DNA of 64,000 bases from Chiloscyllium plagiosum (Eukaryota): positions 45,119,946 through 45,183,945 of the forward strand of contig NC_057739.1 of the NCBI RefSeq assembly GCF_004010195.1, written 5' to 3'. The position numbers and the translations under genes are program-made. The notes beneath the pieces are model-generated. The model was not told the origin of the DNA, did not search any database, and saw nothing but the letters and a program-made list of their open reading frames with translations. This document shows positions 50,601 to 62,600 of the stretch, piece after piece; the stretch's first letter is position 1, and each line of letters starts with the position of its first letter.

Positions 50601-53600
50601 AACGTCATCCCCTGTTGTACTTTAATAGCAGGGCTTGAGGGGCTGAATGGCTTACTCTCCTTGCCTGCATTCCTCTGCCTAATTCTCTGCCCTCTGTGCT
50701 GCTGATGTAGTGATTCACTAACAGACTGGTTATATGAATGACATCAAATGTGTTAGATTCTGCAGTTGCTTTAACTGTTTATGCTCCATTATATCTTCAG
50801 TTACACTGTCAATTATCTGAGAGTCCCTGCCTTAATTGCTGAAACTAAACACAGTTTCTGGACAGACTGTGAGGAAACAGTACAGGAGCATGTTCCTCTG
50901 CTCTGAGTGGCGAATGCTAGCTCATTATGTAACAGTGGAGCTCGACTCTGACTCTGCTTTGGACACCTTTCTATGTTTTTACAGGTAGATGGTCGAAGAT
51001 ATCTGCGGGCTTGGTCGGCAGAACAGAAGCTCAGTGTCTGCATAAATGGAAAGCACTAACAGGCATTAAGGTGAGAGCCTGCTGACAGTGGGATCACCTT
51101 TTACAACGGACCAAAAGTCATCCTTTTGGGTCACTGTGCAACACATCAGGATGCTTCTGTTGCGATGAAATTCCTCCAGATCGGGCTTTCTTCCTTAGCT
51201 GCAGTTATTTTTAAACTATCCAAGTTATGGTTCATAGTTTCCTGATAGGAACTCCCTCGTTAGCAGCATTGACAGTCTGGCAGTTCATCACCCATAAACA
51301 AATTACAAAATAAAATTGCTCTTAGCAAGCAATTGCACTTCTGTCAATAGGCAAATGGATCATTGAGTCTTGTGTTGACACCTACAGCTCATAGGGATTC
51401 TGTTTCAATCTGGTCTATACTGAGTTGGCTAACGCCAGCCAAGGTGAGGATAATTGTAGTACAGTAGACCCGAGAGCCAGGATGTCTGCCTTTTGAGGTG
51501 CACTGGATTAACATTTACCTTTAATCCAGGAACACTAAGACCCAATTGAAATCAACTCGCCCTGTTCTGGCTGCATATTCAAGCTGTTAGCAGTTGTGCA
51601 TTCAGCAGAAGTCAGCAGTCTATTCAGTGTGTCTTTGTCTGTGTGCTGCTCAGTGCTGGGATCGATGAGAATCCATAGAATTGGAATAGAATGAGTTTAT
51701 GAACAATTACAGTGAATCGATTAGAAACTTTCCCCACAGATGGATCTAAGACGCTACTTTATTTCTTGTTAAAAGCGCTTTAGAATGTCCTGGGGTGATA
51801 ACTGAGGCTATAGAAATTAGTCTTTCCGGTTTAAATGTATCTGCTTTGTTTTGACAACTGAATTTATTTTTCAGGCCAAGGAATGGGCCCGGTCTAAACT
51901 TCCGAGAAAGAGCAGGCCAAAGCGCATTAAAAAGAGGCGGCGGGAAACAAGTTCCGAGTCTTCGGAATACTCATCTGAGGATATTGAATTCATGGAGTCA
52001 GAGGAAGAGCGGGAGCGGGAGCGACAGAAGCAACAGGAGGAGGAGGAAGATTCCAAGGATGTCGAGGAAACGGAACAGGAAAAGCGGGAGGCAAGCTGCT
52101 GGAATCCAGCTGAGTCACTGGTGCTGGATGTGGACCGTTGGGTACCAGTTGTTGAAAATAAGCCAGCGCCAGCCAAGATCTCCGAAAGCTGCCAGACCAG
52201 CAGCACAGCGACTGTGAAGGTCGAAGCTGTCAATCGCCTTGGGGGACCCAAGGCAAATAGGTTTTGGGGACGTTTGTCTTGTCGAGCCAGTGCTGTTGCA
52301 AATGCAAGTGAAGCAGACAAGAAAGGAACAGTGGTAAGGGTCCTAGATGGACAGGCATTGGACCACTTTCAAAACGTTTTGTAAATTAGTCTGAAGAATG
52401 TTTCTGAGTTTGGGGCAAACAGATTCTTTATTCACTTATCTTAAATGTTGCTGGTTGCCTAGAGCGCGTACATTTTTTTCAAAGCACGAATGATTTTGGG
52501 AGAGGTAAAATTAATTGTTGCACTCTGGGTTACTGTTCTTTCCCCCAAATAATTTCTCCAGTGTGTTCAAAAACGTACTTGTAGAGTCTTTTACTCTGTG
52601 AATGGGAAAGTCTGATAGCAGAGTGGTTGTGTCCCTAGATGTTTGAGCCAGGGAAGATGAATTCCTATCTCTGTTAAAATTGAAGGAATTGCGTGTGCTG
52701 TTAATCAGAAACAAAACAGAAATTGTTGGAAAAGCTCAGCAGGTCTGGCAGCATCTGTGGAGAGAAATCAGTTCATGTTTTGGGTCAGGTTACCCACCTC
52801 GCGCCAAAAGGTTAACTCTTGATTTCTGTCCACGGATGCTGCCAGGCCTGCTGAGCTTTTCCAGCACTTTGTGCTTTTTTGCAGCCTGAGCATTGTGTTA
52901 AAACCTTTGATATAGCTGAGGGAAGGTTGGGCACAGTGGGGGAGGGAAGCTGCAGCTTTGTCCAGGTCCATTCAGAGCCAGTGAGACAGCTGGCTTCATT
53001 CTCAGAATGATGTTCACAACCTTCACAGTGTATTTGCAACAGCCCAGCAACGTGATTAGATTCCCTACAGTGTGGAAACAGGCCCTTTGGCCCAACCAGT
53101 CCACACTGACCCTCCGAAGAACAACCCACCCAGACTCATTTCCCTCTGACTAATGCACCTAACACTATGCGCAATTTAGCACGGCCAAGCCACCTGACTG
53201 CACATCTTTGGATTGTGGGAGGAAACCGGAGCACCCGGAGGAAATCCACACAGACACAGGGAGAATGTGCAAACTCTGCGCAGATAGTCGCCTGAGGCTG
53301 GAATTGAACCTGGGACCCTAGTGCTGTGAGGCAGCAGTGTTAACCATTGTGCCACCCCGAGTCATTTTGACTTGAGCCAATCTTTTATTTCCAAGGAGAT
53401 GAGCAGTTATCGGAGATATGCATGGCTGTAGAGTTGAGACCAAAATTGGATCCGCCATGATCTTATTTGAAGGGCTGAATGGCCTACTTTTCCTTATTTG
53501 TATTTACAAATCTCAAACTGTCCACTTGAAGTCCCTTACTCTTGATCACCTATTCAAGGGAGAAAGGAACTATTCTGTCGCCCATGCCCATCGCTGTGAC

Positions 53601-56600
53601 TCGATACGAGAGTTTGAGATTCTGATGGGAAGGTCAGTAACTCCATTTAAGGTAATTGGCCAAAAAAGTAAACCAACACAGAGCTCATTTGTTTTCCTCT
53701 CTGCAATGCGCTATCATCTGAACTGTATTGTCTGAAAGGGCAGTGAAAGCAAATTCAACACAAGCTTTCAAAACTGAATTGAATAGAAAAATATTTATTG
53801 GGGTATGGGAGAAGAGGGGAGTGGAGCTCATTGACTAGCTGTGGAAGAGCTGGCCCTGGGAAGAATGGCTTCCTGATGCCGTATGCTTCAATAATATGAT
53901 CTGAAACCAGGTGAAGCTTGCCTTTCAGGGAACAAAGACCCACACCTGACCCAATCTGGGCTGGCCAGGTAGTCTGTGAACAATGCATTCACCTGTCTGC
54001 AGAAAGACCTGAATTTTGTTTCACTTTGATTTGCACAGAGGGATCTAGCTGCACAGAGTGGAGCACCATCCGAAGCAGCTGCGTGCCCAGCAGTGAAAGT
54101 CGCCTATCAGAGACCTCTGCGATCTCGGAGGGAAAATAGGAGGACAGTGCGCCAGACCTGCAGGGTCATTCTGGAGAAGAAGCTCATTGCAGAGATGTGT
54201 CGTTGGACCGCACCTAAGATGGTCGAACGGAGAGAAGGTGAGGCCCCTGGTACCTAGGCCAGCAACTCTGAGCTGGGCTTTCCTGCACCACGAGACCTGC
54301 AGGATCACTGCATTCTCCTGTGTCCCTCCCAAATGCCAGGCTTGGTGTCTGAATCTACTCAGGGGCTGTGTCCCTAATTCACTCCTTTGCACATCAGTTC
54401 AACTACTCTGGCTGTCGTGCCACCTTCCCCAAGTCTACACAAACTTGAGTTGATCCCAGCTACCCATATTCAGGCTCGCACTACATGCTCTCTCCCCTAT
54501 GCTCACTGACCTGTGTTTGATAGACTTGTATCCTCTGGAGTTTAGAAGAGTCTGAGGTAACGTAACTGAAATGTATAAAGGTTCGGAGGGGCCTTGGCTA
54601 GGTGGAAAGGCTGTTTCCTCTTGAGAGAATCTAGATCTGGGGTCGTAGTTTACACAAGGGGTTGCCCATTTAAAACCGATGAGGAAACATGTTTCTCTCA
54701 GCATTGGGTCTTTAGAATTCCCTTCCTCAAACAGCATTGGATGCAAAATTGTTTAATATTTTTATAATAGATTGTTGATGATTAAGGCAATGAAAGGTTA
54801 TTGCGGGGACGCAGCAACGTGGAGTTGAGCTTAAAGTCAAATTAGCCATGATTGTACAGAACAGCAAGGCAGACTTGCAGGTTTGAGTGGCCTACTCCTC
54901 CCCTGTTTGTATCTTTGTATTTCTCTTGCCGAGGGATACCTACCCTGAGTGAGATGGTATGCACTCTAGAACAGCAATGGAAATGCTGTAAATAACAAGT
55001 TAGTCAGATGTGAAAACGTAGTAGTTCCCCTTCAGGTCCACACCAGAATAGGTCCGGCTTTGTTTCTGTTCAGGCACGGCTTTGGCAGCGTGGTATGTTT
55101 ATTTAAAATGGGGTGGAGGTGGTGGAGACTTGCATTATAAAATCTCCTTCACATTTTACCATTATAATGTAGGAGTGCTGAGAGAGTTCACACAGCAAGA
55201 TCCCAAAAATGGCTTTGTGATAACCAGAGGATCTATATTAATGTAGCACAAAGGAGAATGTTGGTGTGTATATACAGAAATGACTGGCATTGTTAACGTG
55301 AGCAGGAAGATTGGCTGCTCTGTTTAACATGCTGAGAATTGGCACTCCCTGAATCTATATTTCAAAGCATTGTCTTGGGGAGTGATGAAATAATTCCACC
55401 AAGCAGTTAAACCTACAAATTCATTGGACTTGTAGTGAGATTTATGCATGAAAAATGCCCAGAGTGTGTCTAAATGGAGCAGTTAAGTATCTGCTTGAAG
55501 TGTTGTGGTACTGAGATTTAATGTAATTTTCTGACTCTTTCTATTATCTAGCTGACATTATACGCGAGAGACTGGAAGCTACTGGCTTAAGCACTACGCC
55601 TGTTTTTACTCTCTTGGTACAGGTAAGGTTTCACTGTGCTATTGAGTTTTTTTCAAAAGAGCCCATGTCTCAGGGCAGTGCTGAGAGTCAGGTGGTCCAT
55701 CATAAAATTGCAAGCACTAGAATTTGTGACCAGATATGAAAGACCAGATCGCCCATCTTTGCACTGACCGGTTTGGAACGGTTCTATTCCCCTCCTAATC
55801 TATGCAGGTACAAAGTATTGATGCAAAGTATTGATGCACTGATGTTACAATAGAGGGGAAGTGGCTCAGCAATCAATGCTTTCTGATTGGGACTGAGGAT
55901 GCTTCTGTATCGAAGCCCATGCTGTCCCTGTTCTGGGAGAGTCAGATGGGGACAGTGTAGACAGACCTTTGCTCTGTATCTAGCCCCATACTGTACTTTA
56001 ACTTTTCATGTCATTTGAGGTTTGGAACCCTGAATCTAGCTCCCTCACGTTGCTGGTTGAAGTGAGACTGGTTTCCCTGTCGGTACTGACAGACTTGGTG
56101 ACAAAATCTTGGTTGAATTCCTGTGGAATATGAATAACTACCTGCTTCTCATTTTACCCAAGCACAGAGCATCCACCAATTTAATGCAGTCAACTATATT
56201 CAAAGTGAATGTCCATGGACAATGAGGGGGTTTAACTGGGATGATTACTATACCCTGCCTCATGAGAGAGCCAGGACACAGAAGGAGCGAGAGTCTCAGC
56301 AGAAAGGACCCACGTACTAACTTTGCCACTCTGTTGTTTGCAGTTGTTTCGGATCGACAAGGAAGGCTGCATGCAGATTCTAAAAAAGGTAACCTGAGGT
56401 TGAGAATCTTCATTACAGTCGTGTTGCTAAGGGGTATCTTGAGGGGCTATGTTCAAGCTGAGAGAATGGGAGAGCTGGGGTTTATATCTGACTGTATGCA
56501 GAGGGAGAAAACATGCATTTGGAAAGGCATGTGCAAGGGTCAGATCAAGGCTATTGAGGCAAATGTAGGGCTCCGAGTAAGATCCAAATGTAGGGCTCCG

Positions 56601-59600
56601 AGTAAGATCCAAATGTAGGGCTCCGAGTAAGATCCAAATGATGTTCAGCAATGTGCTGTTATTTGCCCAGTAGTTCAGGGGGTTGGAGCTGTTTCAGCCA
56701 AGATCTTCCCAGGCAAATTGGCTTCTGGACCCCTGAGGGGCCAGGTGGAGGGCTTTAATACTAATTATTGCATAGTGATGTGGTTCTTTGGATGACAGAA
56801 GAGTATTTGGGCATACTGTCTATCAACCTGCCTTCACTGTGTTTTCTCTGTCTCTTGTAGATGAATCAGGATGCCCAAGGTTTGTCTGGTATAGTATGAC
56901 TTTTTGAACATCACCAGTGCGTGTGCTTTTTCAGTGGATATACCTGCGGGTTTCTCACTCCCTGCAATCCTCCAGCATCGTCCTCCCCTGATTCAGGGCT
57001 GCACTCAGGAGGGAGCTGCTTTGCTGTTACCCAGTGGTGTAGCTGTCACTGGTGTGTAGTTTTGTGGATGGTCACTGGATGATGATCCTGTCCCTGAGAA
57101 ATGCTCATATTTAGAGGGAAGCTCCCACAGGGGGCTGCTGGAAAACTCAGCAATCCATGATTCCTCAAATGGTATCACAGTTTCTTACAACTTTCTCCTT
57201 GGTCAATACGCTACACAACACTCCCAGATCATCTGAAGGATTCTCGCATGAGTTTTCCAATGCTTTAATTCCCTTTTTATCAGCCATGGGATTTTCCAGT
57301 TTCTTTCCCTCTCCCAGGGGATTGTTACTGTCAGTGGGGCTTTGACCTTGATGACGTGATGCAGCATTACACATCATCCTTGTACTTTCTTTTGAAAGAA
57401 AGACTTGGTTTTCTATCAAGCTTTTCACAATCTGTTTCAAATATCTTTTTTCCTCCGTTCATTCATTCACGAGATGTGGGTATCACAGTGTAGACCACCT
57501 TTATTGCCCATCCTTAATTGCCCTTGAGGAGGTGGTGATGAACTGCTGTCATCCTTGGGGTGTAGGAACACCCACGTCAGCAGAAACGGAATGTTCATCC
57601 AATAACACTGAAGGAATGGTGATGTAGTTCCAAGTCCGGGAGGTGTTCCCTGGTATCTGCTGCCCTTGTCCTTCTAGATGGTAGGATTTGGAAGGTGCTA
57701 TCTAAGGAATCTTGGGCAAGTTCTGCAGTGCGGCATATAAATGGTACATACTGCTGCTACTGAACATCAGTGGTGGAGGCAGTATTGTTCAAAAATATTT
57801 CTCACCACAAAAGTGTAGTTTTGAAATACAGGAGCTGTTGTATTGCATGGTGTGCTGACAGGTCAGAAGCAGCAAATGTGACATTGGACTCATTCTTAAC
57901 ATTGATTGAGCAGTAAATATTGGACCAGGATACTGGGAAAATGGTAGGGACATTATTGGAAAAAATTCTTCGGACCAAGATTTACTTGCATTTGGAGAAG
58001 AATTGATTTGTTAGGGATAGTCAGCGTAGCATAAATAAAAACAGAAATTGCTGGAAAAGCTCAGCAAGTCTGGCAGCATCTGTGGAGAGAAATCAGAGTT
58101 AACGCTTCAGGTCCAGTGACTTTTCCTCAGAATAGTCAGCATGGCTTTGTGTGGAATGGTTTTGTCTTAAATTTGATTGAGTTTTTGAAGGAAGAGATGA
58201 AGATTATGGGTGAGGGTAGGGAAGTGGATGTTGTCTATATGGACTTGAATGAAGTATTTGACACGGTCCCTTGTGGTAGGCTAGCCCCGAAGATTTCATT
58301 GAATCCATGGTGAATTGGCAAGTGGATACAAAATTGGTTTGATCATAGGAGACCGGGTAGTTGTGGAGGGGTGTTTTTCTGGCTGTAGGTCTGTGACCAG
58401 TGGTGTTCTGCAGGAATCACTGCTGGGATTTCTGTTTGTAATATATATCCATATAAATCATTTGGATGAAAATGTTAGTTGTCTGATTAGTAAGTTTGCA
58501 GTTAACTCTCCCTGATTTAACAAGCTCTTGTATAGTTTACATTAAACAATGTTTTGGGAGGTTTTGACAGGAAATGTAAACATTTCAAATTGTGGGCGGT
58601 ACGGTGGCACAGTGGTTAGCACTGCTGCCTCACAGCACCAGAGACCCGGGTTCAATTCCCGCCTCAGGCGACTGTGTGGAGTTTGCACACACTCCCCGTG
58701 TCTGCGTGGGTTTCCTCCGGGTGCTCCGGTTTCCTCCCACAGTCCAAAAATGTGCCGGTTAGGTGAGTTGGCCATTCTAAATTGCCCGTAGTGTTAGGTG
58801 CAGGGGTAAATGTAGAGGAATGGGTCTAGGTGAGTTGCTCTTCGGGGTCATTGTGGAGTCGTTGGGCCGAAGGGGCTGTTTCCACACTAAGTAATCTAAA
58901 TCTAATCTAAAAACTGGTGGGGTTGTGGATAGTGAGGAAGGCTGTCAAAGGATTTCCATCAGTTGGAAAGTTGGGTGCAGAAATGGCAGATGGAGTTTAA
59001 TCTGGACAAGTGTGAGGTGGTGCATTGTGGGAGGAATGTAAACAATAAATGGCAGGACCCTGAGGAGCATTGATATACAGGGGGATCTTGGGATGCAAGT
59101 CCATAGCGCCCTGAAAGTGGCAGCATTATTGAGTAAGCTGGTAAAGAAGGCGCCTGGCATGCTTGCCTTCATCTGTCAGGGCATTGAGTATAAAAGTTGG
59201 CAGGTTGTGTCGCAGCTGTATAAGACTTTAATTTGGTCACATTTGGAATATTGTGTGCAGTTCTGGTCACCACATTTAAAGGGAGGATGTGGAGGCTTTG
59301 GAGAAAATGCAAGGGAGGTCGACAAGGACATTGCCTGGATTGGAGAGTATTGGACCCTTTTTCCCAGGGTAGAAATGTCAAATACTAGGCAGCGTAGCTT
59401 TATGATAAGTGGGGGAATATTTAAAGAGGAGTGAGGCGAGTGTATTTTTACCCAGAAGGCGGTAGGTGCCTAGAATGTGCTGTTCGGGGCGCTGGTGGAA
59501 GCAGACATGATAGCGATGTTTGAGGCATTTTGAAGCCACATGAATAGGCAGGAAAAAGAGGCTTACAGACCATGTGCAGGCAGATGGGGTTAATTTACAT

Positions 59601-62600
59601 TGACATCATGGTCGGCACAGACACTGTGGGCCGAAGGGCCTCTTCCTGTGCTGTTCTGTATTCTATGTTTTGAGAGCTCTTCTGCAAAATAAAAGCAGTG
59701 GGATTTTTCTTGTCCACCCTAGAAGCAGACTTTGGCTTAAAGCCTGATCCAAAACTAATCGTTGTCAGTCCTAACTGAGCAGTGTCAGTATGGAGTGGGG
59801 CTCAAGCCTCCAGTCGTTACGGTGTAAGTGCAACTTGTTGTACCCTAGTTAACACTTGGGTGTTGTGTTTCTGAGCCTTGAATTGACTGCAGTACTTTTC
59901 GACAGCCTGGGAGCTGGGTTGTGTTGTCTTTGTTATGAACTCTGAGCTGGTTTTACTGTTTTTGTGATGAGATTAAAGTGATCACCACTATAGAAGTTGT
60001 AGGTAGTCCTCCAGGTTGAGGAGAGAATGGTCGACAGCTGAGCGGTTTCTGTGGAGAAGCTGGGTTTGTTTCCCCCACTAATCCATATTCCTTCACCTCT
60101 TTCCAATCGTAGAAATCGATCAGCCTCTGATTAAAGTTAGTAGTTGTTTGAGCATGAATAAATGATTGCAGAGGAGAGTTCCACACTTATCAGTCAGTGT
60201 GTTTTCCTTATTTCACTTTGAGGGGAATCAGTAGTTGGTCACATTGAGGGACACTGATCCAGTAAATGGGAAACGGTTTCTCATGGGAGGAGATTCGGTC
60301 CCCAGAGGGACACCTGGGAGAAAAGTGGGAAAAGAATCAGTATACGAGAGATGTTTCTAAACACAGCAAAGTTGTGATTTGGAAAGTTCTGTCCGAAAGG
60401 GCAGTGGGAGCAGGTTTAATAATAACTTTCCAGAGGAAGTTGGAACATATTTTAACCTGTAAATGCTTCATGTTCATGGGCAAAGTGAAGGGGGCTTTGG
60501 GATTAATAAGGTAGAATCTTCCAAAGGCCAGCACCGAGGCAGTGATCCAGAGTTGTACGGTTCTGTAATTCTACATTTACTTTTTGATTTTAAGCTTTTC
60601 TTTTAAATGAAATAATTTCCCTTTTCTTGTCTCTACCTCAGTCACCTCATGATTTTTTTTTTGTTTGTCTCCTCCTGCTAGAAAAGGAGCAGTACGGTGA
60701 GCGACTGGGGCAAGACCCTTGTGGCCCGCGGTGGATGAAAGACAGCACCGTCAGCATGAGCAGCAAGGACACTATGGGTGTCGGTCGGTTTAAACCGGCT
60801 GCCCCACTGCCATTAAATAAACCAAAAACTGTCCTGGAGTTACTAACCGAAAAGCGCAAAGCCCAGGCTGTTGGTGCTGCCCCACACTCCATGGCCTCCC
60901 TGGCCCACCTGGCAGATTCCCTCAGTGAGGAGGCAGGAGGCAAGAAACGCCCTGTTCCAATCAAAGTATACAGGAAGGGGAGGCGCAGACCGAAACATGG
61001 GAACCAACCTTCACTCCAAGAGGTTGCACCTGACCAGGTGACACCTGATGCAGGGGGGCAGGGCTCAACATCAGACGCAACAGCACCGAGCGACCAAAGC
61101 CAGCCAGCTGCTCGTGCACGTGCCCCTGCTCGTGTCCGTACCCGTGCCCGTACCCGTGCTCGTGCTCCTGTTAAACCCAGCACTGCCAGCACCCAGCGTC
61201 GGCTGATGCCCATTGCCCCAATGCCACCGGCTCCAGCCCTGGTGCTACCCAGTGGCACGTTGTTGCAGCTGATGCTCCCCAACTCCACTGTACCCGTCAT
61301 GGCAGTTCTCACCCCTAATGGTTTGGTGTGTGTCCCTCCAGGCTCGCTCCCAGCTCAGCCCGGCCCCAGCCTCCCTCCTCCAGCCGCTGGTCAGGCTGTG
61401 CCCTCCGCGTCTCAGCCAACCAACACTGTGACCAGCTCCAGCACTATCTCAGTGCCCAGTGTGGCGCCGGGACCGGCCGGTTGTGGCCCTGTCATTAGTC
61501 AGGCAGCAGTTGGTAACGATGCTGTGACAGTGTCACCCACCACCTCATTAAGCCAGCCTCTGGCCTCCCCTTCACCAGCAATTCAGCAAACCCCAGCAAC
61601 TGCTCCCCCAGCTTCAGCCCACACTGTGGCACTGACTGCTGTAGTCCCCACTGCCACCAATCTCCGTTTACCAGTGGCCAGCTCCAACAACCCGAATCTC
61701 CCCAGGCACCTTCTCCAGGGCGGAGGTTTATTACAGACTGCAGGCCCCATCGTCTTAACGCAGCGTCTGGAGCCCCTGTGCAAATTACAGCCAACCAATT
61801 ACACTGTCGACTTTAGTCTTTTGTCCTGTGAGCCAGAAGCAGTGATGAGAGACTGGCTGCAAGGCAAGGGTGGTATACAGGTGCCAGGCATGCCCACTAG
61901 CCTGCCATACCTGCCTCCCTTCTCTTCCACACTGAGAATCTTATCGAACTTGCTGCTACACAAGACGGCCTTGGAGCAGAATCTGTCTGGCTTTGGGCCT
62001 CCTGATGGAGCTGACCCCAAAATCAAACTCGAGGCAGCCAGGGCCCTGGTAGCTGAGCGTCTGCAGAATGAGCCAGCCTACCAGCTCCTGAAATCACGAT
62101 TCCTCTCCGCTTTCACGTTGCCAGCGTTTCTAGCTACACTGCCGCCACACGGAAACCGAACCACCATTAACCCAACGATGGGAGTCCCTGACTCCGACTC
62201 TGAGGAAGCGAGTGAGTGCACAGACACTGATGGAGCAAGTGAGGACAGTGCTGCAGATCCTCAGGAGCAGTCTGCTGCAGATGAAATGGCTGAAGGAGAG
62301 TTACATCAACCCTTTGAAGTCTCCTTCACGGACCTGTCGTTTGGCAGTAACTTGACAGGCAGCCTGGTGAGTAGGAGAATATAGAAAGCTGCCAGAATTC
62401 TGCTTGCTTTGTTTCCCTCTCTCCATCACCCCCCACCCCCCCCCCCCACAAAGAGAGGTGTAGAGAGCTCCTTCCAGTCTACACACAGCCCCTTGCCCAC
62501 TGCAGCTTATTGTCGAGTTTTCAAAGCCTCATTAAGCCTATGAGCACACATGTACTTGTTCTGCTGCAGTGGGATATTTCAGTCCCCTGCTCAGCCTCCC

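Larger units (their letters stand above)
57940..59670 (+). mobile_element. Degenerate CR1 LINE with two nested insertions
   Basis: RDSQHGFV, VDVVYMDL..FDTVP, LKVAA..HLEYCVQFWSPH; interrupted at 58031-58131 and about 58502-58910. Confidence 0.9.

Noticed and set aside
58595-58670. tRNA-like A and B boxes
   Set aside because: Head of a V-SINE, not a complete tRNA cloverleaf
60647-61312. 221-aa antisense ORF
   Set aside because: Shadow of the GC-rich SNAPC4 exon; no independent motif or splice evidence
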